From IMG/VR virus record IMGVR_UViG_3300028027_000073, positions 1-52,362 of that record: DNA of 52,362 nt. One strand, 5' to 3'. Position 1 is the first letter of the stretch, and the number at the start of each line of letters is the position of its first letter. The DNA is from a virus (lineage: Duplodnaviria > Caudoviricetes). Shown one piece after another: positions 26,028-35,612 of the stretch. Both the position numbers and the translations under genes were made by a program. The notes below the pieces were generated by a model that saw only the letters and a program-made list of their open reading frames with translations, was not told the origin of the DNA and made no database searches.

Positions 26028-26981
26028 CTAAGCACCTGTGTTTTGCACTTTTGCATGTGCGTCAGGGTTCTGTACTACTAAAGCATATTCTGCTGTTAAT
26101 AGCCATTTTGTTGAGTCACCAGTCTTAGCAAGTTCTTCTTTGCTTAAAGGTCTGAGTGAAGCTAAACCAACATAGCCTGGGTCAATACATAAAACTGCTT
26201 CATTACGCATGAAACGGTCAAGTTTCACAGTATGATTACCGAAGTCAGAAACGTAAACGTCTGCTGCACCAGTAATAGTTGCTTGTGTTTTAGATTGTAC
26301 GTCTACAAACTTAGTAGCAATACCACTAAAACCAGAGAAACGTGATTTGTTAGTTGCTGACATAAGGATTGTTGATGGCTCGCCACCATCTGTCCAAGCT
26401 AATTGTAAAGCTGACTTTAAGTCTGCTTCAACGAACGTTACTGCTGTGCCGTCTGTAGGAGCTGCAACTGTTCCACCTGAAAAACCAGGTGTTGTGCCAG
26501 ATGTAGAACCTGTAGCTAATACTCGGTTAGTAATCCAAGACTCAATACCTGCAGATGTACGAGCTGTTGCTGCACCACCTGCTGAAGATGCTTGGTTACG
26601 TACGATAGCATATTCCATGTCACGTTTCATTTCTTTACCAGCTTTCATAAGTTGGTAAGCAACTTCAGACTTACGACCATACTTACGTACTACGTCATAT
26701 GTGTTTGAAATTTGAACTGTTTTGCGTGAGATTTGAGTATAGTTACCTAATACTGTTGTTGCTGCTAATGTTGCGAATGAAGCGTCATCACCTTCAACGT
26801 TTGCATTAGTTGTTGCTGCTGCTAATGCGTCTGTTTGCCATTGATGGTAAGTTTGACCTGCTGACATTCTTTTTGCCATTGATAACAATGGTGTGTCTTC
26901 TGGAGAAATATCAAAGATAATGTCTTCAAAAGACTCTGCTATACCTTTACCGGTATAACTATTGGTTGCTGATACTGCCAT
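26028..26981 (-). CDS. Major capsid protein (DUF5309/SU10-like)
   Basis: ISPEDTP, HQWQTD.L, NYTQI.RK, KRDME, SDFG, LAKTGDS. Confidence 0.9.
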   Translation of the reverse strand: MAVSATNSYTGKGIAESFEDIIFDISPEDTPLLSMAKRMSAGQTYHQWQTDALAAATTNANVEGDDASFATLAATTVLGNYTQISRKTVQISNTYDVVRKYGRKSEVAYQLMKAGKEMKRDMEYAIVRNQASSAGGAATARTSAGIESWITNRVLATGSTSGTTPGFSGGTVAAPTDGTAVTFVEADLKSALQLAWTDGGEPSTILMSATNKSRFSGFSGIATKFVDVQSKTQATITGAADVYVSDFGNHTVKLDRFMRNEAVLCIDPGYVGLASLRPLSKEELAKTGDSTKWLLTAEYALVVQNPDAHAKVQNTGA

Positions 26982-27001
26982 GATTATGGTTTCCTTTTAA
27001 A

Positions 27002-27988
27002 TTAAAGCATGTTTTCTATAAGTTTTGTAGCTGCATCTGACTTACCTGTTTTACGTAATTGCTCACGTAGTTGACGGTGGTTAGAGTTAGCTTCCGCTTT
27101 AGTATCTTTAGAACCAGGTTTCACTACTGGTTTAGCACTTGATACTTTTTTCTTTACAGTAGAATTCTGTTGAAGTTTTCGCCATTGCATAGCGTCATGC
27201 AATACCTTTACGTGACGAGGGTCAACAATTGAGTTAAGTTCGGCATCTGAAAAACCATAATCCTTGCCAGTAGATAACAATGCTTGGTTAGTCTCAGGAC
27301 TCCAATTTGGTATCTCTTTTGCTAGAATTTCTTTTCCTTTTGCTATCTTCTCAGACATCAATTGCGTTTGCTTCTGAACGACTTGTTGCTTTTTGGCTTC
27401 AAACTGTGAAACAAGTTGACTACGTTCTTGCTGTAGTTGGTTGTATGTAAAGAAAAGTTTTTGTGCTTCCACAAAGTCATTATCAGACAATTGTTGCCAA
27501 TTCACGTTTGCATATTGGTTTAATTGTTGGTCTAATGATGTGATTTTTGCTACATCTTCAATTAAGACATTGTTAAGTTGCATCTGCTCTTGAAAGGCTT
27601 GCTCTTGAGCTTTTATACTCTCAGCATAGGCTTCTAGCTCTTTACGTTGTTCTGCTACTTGTTGTGTCTTTTGCGTGTAGTCTAAGCCTTGTTGAGCTAA
27701 TGCTACGACTTCGTCTAGTGGCTTCTCAACATCTTCACCATTGACTTTAAGTTTAAGGATAGCTGGAACTTCATCTTGCGACTGTTCTTCTTCCTCAACC
27801 TCTTCATCTGGCTCATCTGTTGCTTCTTCTGACTCTACTTCTTCAGTAGCTTCAGCCTCAGCTTTTAGTGGTGGTTGTTCTTTCTCTTCTTCTTGAACTT
27901 CAGGTGTAATTACATCTGATTCAATACTATCACCTAGCATAGCCTCTAATCGGCTTTGTGGTGACTGTTCTGGGACTTGGTCACTCAT
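27002..27988 (-). CDS. Capsid scaffolding protein
   Basis: Acidic N-terminus, KVNGE..E, DYTQKTQ, coiled coil; precedes the capsid gene. Confidence 0.85.
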   Translation of the reverse strand: MSDQVPEQSPQSRLEAMLGDSIESDVITPEVQEEEKEQPPLKAEAEATEEVESEEATDEPDEEVEEEEQSQDEVPAILKLKVNGEDVEKPLDEVVALAQQGLDYTQKTQQVAEQRKELEAYAESIKAQEQAFQEQMQLNNVLIEDVAKITSLDQQLNQYANVNWQQLSDNDFVEAQKLFFTYNQLQQERSQLVSQFEAKKQQVVQKQTQLMSEKIAKGKEILAKEIPNWSPETNQALLSTGKDYGFSDAELNSIVDPRHVKVLHDAMQWRKLQQNSTVKKKVSSAKPVVKPGSKDTKAEANSNHRQLREQLRKTGKSDAATKLIENML

Positions 27989-28015
27989 AGTTTTGTTTCC
28001 TTGAAATTAGACAAT

Positions 28016-28119
28016 AAAAAAGACTCCTAAGAGTCCTAAGTAGGCTTGTCCTTACCTAAATTCTTTGCCTGTCAAAACGGTTTTCATTCAAAATACTGGA
28101 AAACTACTTCTGAATGAAA
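28016..28119 (-). promoter_or_regulatory. Structured leader upstream of the scaffold gene (long hairpin plus terminator-like hairpin)
   Basis: TTTCATTCAGAA...TTTTGAATGAAA and GACTC-TTAG-GAGTC-TTTTTT. Confidence 0.55.
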
Positions 28120-28392
28120 CTAACCGAATACTTTAAATCTTGGCTTATCCGTTTGTATAGCTGCTAACTTACCTGTGTGCATCACGTCAGTAAGTTGTTT
28201 GTTAATTTGGTTTAATAACTGTAGTGCGATTACTAATTTGTTGTGTGTCTTCTCATCACCTAGTGGACTGTTAGCCATACTAGCAATAAGACTTTCACGA
28301 ACCTTATCCATAGCTTCTTTGTATAGAGGGTTATCTAATATCTGTGTTGCTTGTTCACCACGTTTAACTTCTTCTAATGACTTATCCGCCAT
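28120..28392 (-). CDS. Small protein between portal and scaffold genes
   Basis: Coupled to the portal gene; RGEQA..IL.NP..GKLA. Confidence 0.75.
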   Translation of the reverse strand: MADKSLEEVKRGEQATQILDNPLYKEAMDKVRESLIASMANSPLGDEKTHNKLVIALQLLNQINKQLTDVMHTGKLAAIQTDKPRFKVFG

Positions 28393-30388
28393 ATATCATC
28401 CCTGATTGTGCTTTGATTTGTGCGATAGCTAAATCTGTCTCTGCTCTTAATTGTGCCTTGAAGCGTTCTAGTTCTGCTTGAGATGCTATCTTCTCACGTT
28501 CAATTATAACATCATTCTGTGAACGTACTTGTTCTTGTTGTAATTGTGCTTGAGCTTTTTGTTGTTCAATCTGTAACTGACCTTGAACCATAATCTCTGC
28601 TTCAGAAGGCTTGTCTTGTTGACCTTCTTGCTCAGGTGTATTAGCTGGATTAACCCAGAACTCTTCAGGGTTCTTAAAGCCTGCATTCTGTGTAAGTTTA
28701 GCAAGTGCGTTGTATATCTTTTCAGGGTTAGTTAAGCCAACAGCAATAGCTTCTTTTTGCATTTGTAAGATAGATGTTAAGTGAACCAATTGTTGGTCTT
28801 TATTACCAGCACCTAAGCCTACAGAGATAGATAAGTCTTTACGAGCTTTCCATTCTCTAGGGTCTACTTCTACCCATTTGTTACGTAGACGAATAATGTC
28901 TGGTTTAGTAAGTGTTGTTCTAACTAAGTGATGCACAAGTTTAAATAGTTCTTTAACACCTGTTTCTGCGAATGTTCTAGCTACTAACTCAATACGTTGT
29001 TGAGACGCATTCATAATCTGTGCTACACCGGTAGCTGTCTTGTTAAGACTGTTAGAGTCTAAGCCTTGGTTATAAGCTGTGATACCTGTTCTCTTTTCTT
29101 TCATAGAGTCCATGTATTCAACCATACCGAATGATGATGCTGGTAATGGTGGATGTGATAAAGGCATAATACCTGTACCTGGGTCACCATCTACACGAAC
29201 AATACCACCTGGTCTTGACGTTAGCATATCATCTAGGTTTACTCTGTCAGAGATAGCATAACGACCATTGTTAGCTAGATACATATTATCTAACTGACCA
29301 CGAATAAGAGTAGACTTAATGAGCTGAATGTCCATAGTCAAGTCAGCATAAGAACGACCAATATGTCTATGTGGCATTATCATAGGTGTGATACATGCAA
29401 AAGGTACATACTCACATTTCTCTTTATAAAGAACTGTGTTACCTAATACGACTACTCTATATCTTTCACCATCTAACTTAATGTATGTGTCTTTAACGAG
29501 TGCTTCTTGTGACTCAATAGCTCTATCATATTCTTCATCATAAATATCACGAGCATTAGACTCTTCTTCAAAAGTGTCTCGTAGGTCTGACATAATAGAC
29601 TTGATGTATTCTAATGGCTTGTCAAACGTTTCAGCAATGTCAGCTAACTGCATAACTTCTCTGTGTTGAACAAACTTAGCATCTTGTAGGTTAGGACCTG
29701 ATACCTCTACAGATATCATCATGTTTTCAGGTGCTACGTTATCAATGTATATTTCAGTCTTGCTTTCTGTAACCTTGAGCTTAACGTCATGTAACATAGG
29801 TTGCATAACTGTAGCTGGGTCAACACCATTCATAGCTGCTTGTTGATAGACAACATCCATGTTGACACTTGGGTCAGGGTAACCAGTATGCTCTAATACT
29901 TCTGTATTCTCATCTGAAGCCAACATTTGAAGTTGTGCGTCAGTAAGACCTTTATATTCATATTCTTCTACTTCTTCCTCTTCTTCAGAGTAAACCTTTA
30001 CATATCCGTTCTTAGATAGTAATGCGTCTTTAAACCATACATAGAATACTTTGAAACCTTCGTTCTTTTCCATAACGACATGGTTTACATAATCTGTTTC
30101 TTGGTCTGCTGCTTCTTGGTCTTCAGGACCTTTAGGGTCAAACTGAACAACCTTATCACCGGCTACAAAGACTTTTAAAAGCTGAGGGAGAGCTGACTCA
30201 ATAGTATCTTGAACGTCATACGATACAACTTGTGAACGACCTTCTTCTTCGTTACCGAATGGTTGTCCCAGGTAATAGTCAATCGCTTCTGCTCTATCAT
30301 TAGACAATGCACTATCATTTACACCATAGGCTATATTCTCTTGCGCCTCTATCTGTGCAATTATTTCCATGTCTTCTATATTCATCAA
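28382..30388 (-). CDS. Portal protein (P22-like, with C-terminal barrel)
   Basis: DYYLG, GRSQVVS, KDALL.KNG.VKV, TATG; Gln-rich coiled C-terminus. Confidence 0.92.
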   Translation of the reverse strand: MMNIEDMEIIAQIEAQENIAYGVNDSALSNDRAEAIDYYLGQPFGNEEEGRSQVVSYDVQDTIESALPQLLKVFVAGDKVVQFDPKGPEDQEAADQETDYVNHVVMEKNEGFKVFYVWFKDALLSKNGYVKVYSEEEEEVEEYEYKGLTDAQLQMLASDENTEVLEHTGYPDPSVNMDVVYQQAAMNGVDPATVMQPMLHDVKLKVTESKTEIYIDNVAPENMMISVEVSGPNLQDAKFVQHREVMQLADIAETFDKPLEYIKSIMSDLRDTFEEESNARDIYDEEYDRAIESQEALVKDTYIKLDGERYRVVVLGNTVLYKEKCEYVPFACITPMIMPHRHIGRSYADLTMDIQLIKSTLIRGQLDNMYLANNGRYAISDRVNLDDMLTSRPGGIVRVDGDPGTGIMPLSHPPLPASSFGMVEYMDSMKEKRTGITAYNQGLDSNSLNKTATGVAQIMNASQQRIELVARTFAETGVKELFKLVHHLVRTTLTKPDIIRLRNKWVEVDPREWKARKDLSISVGLGAGNKDQQLVHLTSILQMQKEAIAVGLTNPEKIYNALAKLTQNAGFKNPEEFWVNPANTPEQEGQQDKPSEAEIMVQGQLQIEQQKAQAQLQQEQVRSQNDVIIEREKIASQAELERFKAQLRAETDLAIAQIKAQSGMIYGG

Positions 30389-31641
30389 ACAATTCCTCTA
30401 TTTGTATATTGTATTTTCTCTTTGCTCCATGACTCGTTCTTCATAGACTCAATAGAGGTACATAAATATCTGAACGCATCTGCTCCATGGCTGTATTCGT
30501 CATGTAGTGGCGCACCAGGTTCGTTAGTTGCAGAGTTTATACTTCTGCGATAATTCTTTAAACATTCAACAAGTCTTTGTGCTGACTTATCAAAGTATAT
30601 ACGGTGAAAGTTCATACGTGCTAACTTAATACCAGACTCTATGTCTGCTTTAGGTACGATACGTATATCCCATCCTAACTTCTTCATAATATCTTCTGCT
30701 GATATGCCATGCTTAAAGTCTTTAGACTGTCCGTCATGTGGTAAGAACATTGTACCCCAGTTATAGGATAAGTTCTTTAGTTGTGCAGAATAGCTATCTA
30801 ATGTTCTGTGGTCATCTTCTATATAACCAATGATGCGTAAGTCTGATATACCTTTTTGGCATAGGATAACTGACATACTGTCGTTCCATCCTAAGTCCAT
30901 AACTACATGAACCTTCATCATAGGGTCATAAGGTACAGTTGTTATACGGTTACCTTCTTGTGCTTCACGTATCTCGTTAGAGTATATAGCACCATCTACA
31001 GCAGCCTTACAATCACCTTCCCAGATGTTTGCATAGTCAGGGTTAGTCTTTTCGCTATGTAGACGTTCTATCTCTAATACTTCAGGAAACCAAGGATTGT
31101 CAGTATAGTTTACCTTGACTACCTTAGCGTTCTCTGGTGGATTAACCACGAACCTAGTATATGTATCGTCTGTATCTATGTTAGGGTTAAATGAGACCCA
31201 TATCTCTGAATTAGGTTTACGTATCGTAGGAATAAGAATATCCCATGACTTTTTACTAACTGTTTGAGCTTCTTCTACCCATACTATGTCACAGCCCTCA
31301 AAAGACTTTATAGACTCAACAGTATTTGTAGCAAGACCAGTAAAGCTAAATGTACTACCGTTACGACCTCTAATCTCTGCTTCCAAGACTTCGTAGAAAG
31401 CTCCTAGACCTAAAGACTGTATTTGGTCATTAAGTAATGTATGTACTGACTGCTTGATAGACTTTTGTATCTCTCGTGCACATAAGACACGTGTTGGCTC
31501 ATTAGCTGCTTTTATAAGCAATGCTCTTGCCATAGACCATGACTTACCTGAACCTCTACCACCGTATGCTACTTTGTAACGGTGTGGCTCAAATAAGAAC
31601 TGTAACCTTTCAGGGAACTCAGCTATCGTTTGGTTTGACAA
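30385..31641 (-). CDS. terL: Terminase large subunit (PBSX type)
   Basis: YGGRGSGKS, WVEEA, LIPTIRK, FNP, DLG..D, HGADAFRY. Confidence 0.95.
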   Translation of the reverse strand: MSNQTIAEFPERLQFLFEPHRYKVAYGGRGSGKSWSMARALLIKAANEPTRVLCAREIQKSIKQSVHTLLNDQIQSLGLGAFYEVLEAEIRGRNGSTFSFTGLATNTVESIKSFEGCDIVWVEEAQTVSKKSWDILIPTIRKPNSEIWVSFNPNIDTDDTYTRFVVNPPENAKVVKVNYTDNPWFPEVLEIERLHSEKTNPDYANIWEGDCKAAVDGAIYSNEIREAQEGNRITTVPYDPMMKVHVVMDLGWNDSMSVILCQKGISDLRIIGYIEDDHRTLDSYSAQLKNLSYNWGTMFLPHDGQSKDFKHGISAEDIMKKLGWDIRIVPKADIESGIKLARMNFHRIYFDKSAQRLVECLKNYRRSINSATNEPGAPLHDEYSHGADAFRYLCTSIESMKNESWSKEKIQYTNRGIV

Positions 31642-31876
31642 AGCTAATTCCTACACCAATGGGTATATCTCCACCATCTACACCGCTTATCTCTGTAGAT
31701 GATAGGTCAGGTAATGACTTACGTAATAGTATCTCTATTGCTTTCATGCGTGTAGGGGTAATTTCTTTTTCATCATCTACACCAAGTGCATGATTTTGCA
31801 AGACATTTACTAGCTGACTTGTCTGTATTTTTGTTCTTACTTCGTCTTGATGACGCTTTCTTAATCGTTCTGCCAT
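31619..31876 (-). CDS. Putative terminase small subunit
   Basis: Immediately upstream of terL; KAIEILLRKSLPDL..E.SG.DG. Confidence 0.65.
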   Translation of the reverse strand: MAERLRKRHQDEVRTKIQTSQLVNVLQNHALGVDDEKEITPTRMKAIEILLRKSLPDLSSTEISGVDGGDIPIGVGISFVKPNDS

Positions 31877-31908
31877 AATATTGCAACTCCTTATAGGTTG
31901 GTTGCCCT

Positions 31909-33315
31909 CTATTGTCTGTTATCTTGTAATAACCCTGTGCCTAATGGTACGCCAACACCTACTCCAAACATTTGGTTACCAAATTTGTTAAATAAACTTG
32001 CTCTTTCTTCTGGTGTAGCATATTCGTATATATCTTTAATGCCAGCGTTATCTAAAATACCTTTAGCTTGTGGGCTTAAGTCTTTAGGTACAATTGCACC
32101 TTTAAACTCACCAATGTCTACTGCTCTTTGTGGTTTAATCTCAAAGTATCCTGTTGGCATAGATTTAAGACTATCTAAATATGCTGAAATATCTGCTTTT
32201 AAATTCTTTGGTGCATCTTTATAATAGTCATCTAATATGCTGTAGCTTCTTGTTTCTGCTATGTCTAGTATAGCATTGTCAGCATCAAATGATGGGTTTA
32301 CTTCTCTTAGTCTTTTAGTTAAGTCAAAGTAAGCGTCATTAAACTTTTCTTTAATTGGTGTAAAGTCGCTTTCACTTAGTATCTTATCTCTGCTGCCTTT
32401 AATTTCTGTAAGGTTTTTAAACTTAGGTGTTACTAATGCTCTTACATTACCTACACCATAATTCCAACCTTCTGTACTAGCTCCACCCTTCATTTCTTTT
32501 ACAACATTTTCTAATGTTACTGGAGCATATCTTCTATTGCCTGATGGTGTATATCCTTTGAATATTCTTTCTTGAACATTTACACCTGCTTCTGGTAATT
32601 TACTTTCAAAATTCATTAACCAGTTTTCGTATTCTTTTCTATTAGCACTTCTTAATTCATTTAACGTTGCATCAAATTTATAATTGTTTTCAATATTAGT
32701 TGGCAGTATGCCTTTTTCATCTAAAAATTTTGCAACATATAAATTATTATATTCTCTGTCTTTGTATTCATCAACAAGCCTACTAAAGTCTCTTTCAGGA
32801 TTAGGAACTTTATTTAGTGTATCACCTAACACGCCTTTTAAATTTTGTTGGCTTTTATAATCAATATTATAATCAATGCCTGGTGAACGTTTTGTGTAAG
32901 CATCTGACCTAAATACTGGATTTTTAGCAGATGGTATAGCCATTTCTTTAGAGCCAATTAAAGATATATCTCCAAAACCAGATAATGGTTCTGATACCTT
33001 ACTAATAGCTAATGATGGTACAGGCATACCGCCTAATCTGTTTGCTGCAACAAGTTTTTCTGGTGTAAGGTTATGTTGAACAATAAGTTCTTCACCTGCT
33101 CTAACACCTGGAACATATTGAGATAATAAACCACTTGTTACATCTTTAGCTTTTTTAGCACCTTTAGCTAATAGTCCTGCTGTTACATTACCTATATTGC
33201 TAGTAGATAAACCTAAATATGGGTCTTGCAAGTAAGATGGCATTTGGGCATAACCTTCTGCATATCTTTGTGCAGCAGGGAAGTTCCCTGATAGTATGTC
33301 CTGTAATGTAGCCAA
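31909..33315 (-). CDS. Uncharacterised 468-aa late protein, possibly packaged/injected
   Basis: Low-complexity GLL-containing termini around a globular core (HNL, PSLAI, FGDISL, DAYT, YFEIKPQRAV). Confidence 0.6.
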   Translation of the reverse strand: MATLQDILSGNFPAAQRYAEGYAQMPSYLQDPYLGLSTSNIGNVTAGLLAKGAKKAKDVTSGLLSQYVPGVRAGEELIVQHNLTPEKLVAANRLGGMPVPSLAISKVSEPLSGFGDISLIGSKEMAIPSAKNPVFRSDAYTKRSPGIDYNIDYKSQQNLKGVLGDTLNKVPNPERDFSRLVDEYKDREYNNLYVAKFLDEKGILPTNIENNYKFDATLNELRSANRKEYENWLMNFESKLPEAGVNVQERIFKGYTPSGNRRYAPVTLENVVKEMKGGASTEGWNYGVGNVRALVTPKFKNLTEIKGSRDKILSESDFTPIKEKFNDAYFDLTKRLREVNPSFDADNAILDIAETRSYSILDDYYKDAPKNLKADISAYLDSLKSMPTGYFEIKPQRAVDIGEFKGAIVPKDLSPQAKGILDNAGIKDIYEYATPEERASLFNKFGNQMFGVGVGVPLGTGLLQDNRQ

Positions 33316-34023
33316 TTATAACTCGCTTTCTTGTCCGTTTCCTTTTAGAGGATATATCATTCGTTTATAGCAGTCCCACCATTCTTGACTATAGTCTGTA
33401 TTCTGATAGTCTTTAAAGCACGGTGTGCCTAATGTGTGATGCACTAACTTAGCATCCTCGTTGTATTCGTATTCTGTTTCTAGCCAGTTCCATGTTTCAT
33501 CTAGCTTACCTACTTGTTCTTCTGGATACTTGAGCCATTCAAACCTGTGTAGGTATTTACCTGTTTGTTCTTGGACAAACTTAGGTGTTAATTGTTTATT
33601 TAGCCAATGTGAGCAGTTCCATAACATAACGCTTGACCAGTTCTTTTTAGGATAGTCTTCGTTCTTTGCACCTAAGTACTTCACAGGATGCTTTGTTGTA
33701 TAGTAATGCTTTACAACTTTAACGGCTTCGTCATTATCAAAGTTAGCTAGTATCTCTGCTATATCTGTTCTGCATATCATATCGCCATCTACGAATAGTG
33801 CGATACCTTTAAAGTTATTTAGATATGGCACTAGAAAGCGTGAATAGATAAATGCGTTACTACCGTCTGTATGTGTTTCTTTGTAGTCTTTTAAAGTGTT
33901 TAGTGCTAATGGTGTAAAACTTACCGGTATAGATGACTTCTCTATAACTGACTGGCAAAAGTTATGATAAGCAATTGGTTCTACTTTGCCATCATATCCT
34001 ACATATATATCTAGTTTTACCAC
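33316..34023 (-). CDS. GT-A fold glycosyltransferase (GT8-like)
   Basis: IYVGYD, YSRFLVP, FVDGDM (DxD), KNWSSVML, WNWL, HHTLGTP. Confidence 0.85.
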   Translation of the reverse strand: MVKLDIYVGYDGKVEPIAYHNFCQSVIEKSSIPVSFTPLALNTLKDYKETHTDGSNAFIYSRFLVPYLNNFKGIALFVDGDMICRTDIAEILANFDNDEAVKVVKHYYTTKHPVKYLGAKNEDYPKKNWSSVMLWNCSHWLNKQLTPKFVQEQTGKYLHRFEWLKYPEEQVGKLDETWNWLETEYEYNEDAKLVHHTLGTPCFKDYQNTDYSQEWWDCYKRMIYPLKGNGQESEL

Positions 34024-34268
34024 TTTACTTTGTTTGCCCAAAAAGCGGCACTCATTTTTCCTTTAGCAATGTTCTTAGCGTGTCTTGCTTTAAATGACTT
34101 TGCTCTATCTGTATTTGTCTTGTCACCACTTACGCCTTTTTGTCCAAAGCGTATAAGTTTTTCTTGGTCACCATCTTTAGCTAAGACTGCATGTGACTTA
34201 GTAGGATGATTAGGCGTTCTCTTAGGTTTATTATAACCTGAAAATGTTTCCTTACCCTTCTTAATCAT
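34017..34268 (-). CDS. Small basic protein (83 aa)
   Basis: GYNKPKRTP, IRFGQ, SFKARH, SAAFWA; Lys-rich. Confidence 0.8.
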   Translation of the reverse strand: MIKKGKETFSGYNKPKRTPNHPTKSHAVLAKDGDQEKLIRFGQKGVSGDKTNTDRAKSFKARHAKNIAKGKMSAAFWANKVKW

Positions 34269-34420
34269 TTCTTTTTCTTAGCTGTCTTTGCTGATTGTTT
34301 AAATGCCATAGCAGTAGGTGCACCTTTAGAACCTACCTTACGCATCTTCTCACCTGAGCCAGCTTTAATTCTAGCTTTCTTGGCTGCAATGTTAGCGTAT
34401 AGACCTGGCTTATTTGCCAC
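34265..34420 (-). CDS. Small basic protein (51 aa)
   Basis: Hand-translated MANKPGLYANIAAKKARIKAGSGEKMRKVGSKGAPTAMAFKQSAKTAKKKK; overlaps both neighbours. Confidence 0.75.
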   Translation of the reverse strand: MANKPGLYANIAAKKARIKAGSGEKMRKVGSKGAPTAMAFKQSAKTAKKKK

Positions 34421-34541
34421 GTTTAGCTGCCTTTTTCATAGGCTTAGCTGCCATAGCTTTACCTGTTTTCTTTGCGTATTCTTTAGCTTCTTTTTTTCCC
34501 TTAGCATCGTAAGAGAATTTTTTCATTCCGACCATTGGCAT
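34410..34541 (-). CDS. Small basic protein (43 aa)
   Basis: Hand-translated MPMVGMKKFSYDAKGKKEAKEYAKKTGKAMAAKPMKKAAKRGK; AAGGA RBS. Confidence 0.75.
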   Translation of the reverse strand: MPMVGMKKFSYDAKGKKEAKEYAKKTGKAMAAKPMKKAAKRGK

Positions 34542-34543
34542 AA

Positions 34544-34708
34544 TTATTTCCTTTTCTTTTTAGATATATTAGCTTCGCTGAGGGCGATTGCTATTGCTTG
34601 TTTTGGATTTGACACTTTCTTTGATGACTTACCTACATTTAAAGTTCCTGCTTTAAATTCCTTCATTACCTTGCTGACCTTTTTCATTGATTTGGTCTTT
34701 GCTTTCAT
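34544..34708 (-). CDS. Small basic protein (54 aa), DUF6496-like
   Basis: KVMKEFKAGTL..GK..KKV..PKQAIAIALSEA; AAGGA RBS. Confidence 0.78.
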   Translation of the reverse strand: MKAKTKSMKKVSKVMKEFKAGTLNVGKSSKKVSNPKQAIAIALSEANISKKKRK

Positions 34709-34817
34709 TATCTTTCCTTAACTTGATAAATCGGTGGTCATATCTGCAATCATTACATAGACTATACTCGGTGAAGTCAAATGGTTCACCACATTGTTCG
34801 CAAATAGATAGTTTCAT
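34653..34817 (-). CDS. Small Zn-finger protein (54 aa)
   Basis: CEQC...CNDC; ATG directly follows the terminator U-tract. Confidence 0.55.
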   Translation of the reverse strand: MKLSICEQCGEPFDFTEYSLCNDCRYDHRFIKLRKDNESKDQINEKGQQGNEGI

Positions 34818-34861
34818 AAAAAGAAAAAGCCCAACCAAGGAGAGAGTATGGTCAGGCTTTT
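34818..34861 (-). terminator. Intrinsic terminator in the late leader (tR'-like)
   Basis: AAGCCTGACCA-loop-TGGTTGGGCTT then TTTCTTTTT. Confidence 0.8.
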
Positions 34862-34905
34862 GTGGGATTACGTTATTAACGGACAGGAGTTGTCCAACAA
34901 ATAGC

Positions 34906-34934
34906 ATTATAGCAAACTTTGTAATTATGTGCAA
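34906..34934 (-). promoter_or_regulatory. Late promoter (PR'-like)
   Basis: TTGCAC-17 nt-TATAAT with TGn extension, just after the Q-like gene. Confidence 0.75.
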
Positions 34935-34939
34935 CCACT

Positions 34940-35269
34940 TTATGCGTTTATTCGTCTTTCTGCTATTGTCAGTAAATTATCGTATGCCATGTCTAATTGC
35001 CAGTAAAAGGCTAATGGTGGTTTAGCACCTAAGTATTTAGCATAGATAGCGTCTTGTTGTCCTTGTTCTAAGCTATGTATGATAGCGTGTATAGTTCTAA
35101 TATTAGACATATCTTGGGCAGAACACATCTCTTCAAACGCTTCTGAAGTTGACTCACCACCGGATGACATACCTATGCTTTTAGAGGGGTATCCTAGTTT
35201 ATGGGTATCATGTTTCATCCATAAGCTCCAATCCTCAAGGATGGATAATAAGCGTTCCATACTAATCAT
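34940..35269 (-). CDS. Q-like late antiterminator/activator
   Basis: LEDWSLW...LGYP, I..L.....AIYAKY; position before the late promoter/terminator. Confidence 0.6.
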   Translation of the reverse strand: MISMERLLSILEDWSLWMKHDTHKLGYPSKSIGMSSGGESTSEAFEEMCSAQDMSNIRTIHAIIHSLEQGQQDAIYAKYLGAKPPLAFYWQLDMAYDNLLTIAERRINA

Positions 35270-35612
35270 ATTGTGTTAGCGTATAAGCTACGCTTTGCCC
35301 AAATGTTTCTTGTGTAGTTCTTTGTTGAAGGTTATGTTTAGCATCATCTGCGTTATGACTGATAACACCTTTTATCTGGTCTTCTGTGAAGTTTGCTGTG
35401 TGTCCAAATATACCTTGTAGCGGATGTGGCTGTGGAATGTAATAGTGCATAAGTCTATTATCTTTATCTTTGAATGCGTGTATATCACCTTCCATCTTCA
35501 TGGTGACAAGCAAGTTTTTAATAGTATTGTAATTGCCATCTACATGTGCTGCTATATCTTTTATAGCTTTAGGCTCTGTAAGGTAAGCTAGTATTTTATT
35601 TCTGGTATTCAC
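35262..35612 (-). CDS. Winged-helix-like DNA-binding protein
   Basis: KIL.YL..P..IKDIA..V...YNTIKNLL..M...G.I. Confidence 0.55.
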   Translation of the reverse strand: MNTRNKILAYLTEPKAIKDIAAHVDGNYNTIKNLLVTMKMEGDIHAFKDKDNRLMHYYIPQPHPLQGIFGHTANFTEDQIKGVISHNADDAKHNLQQRTTQETFGQSVAYTLTQYD

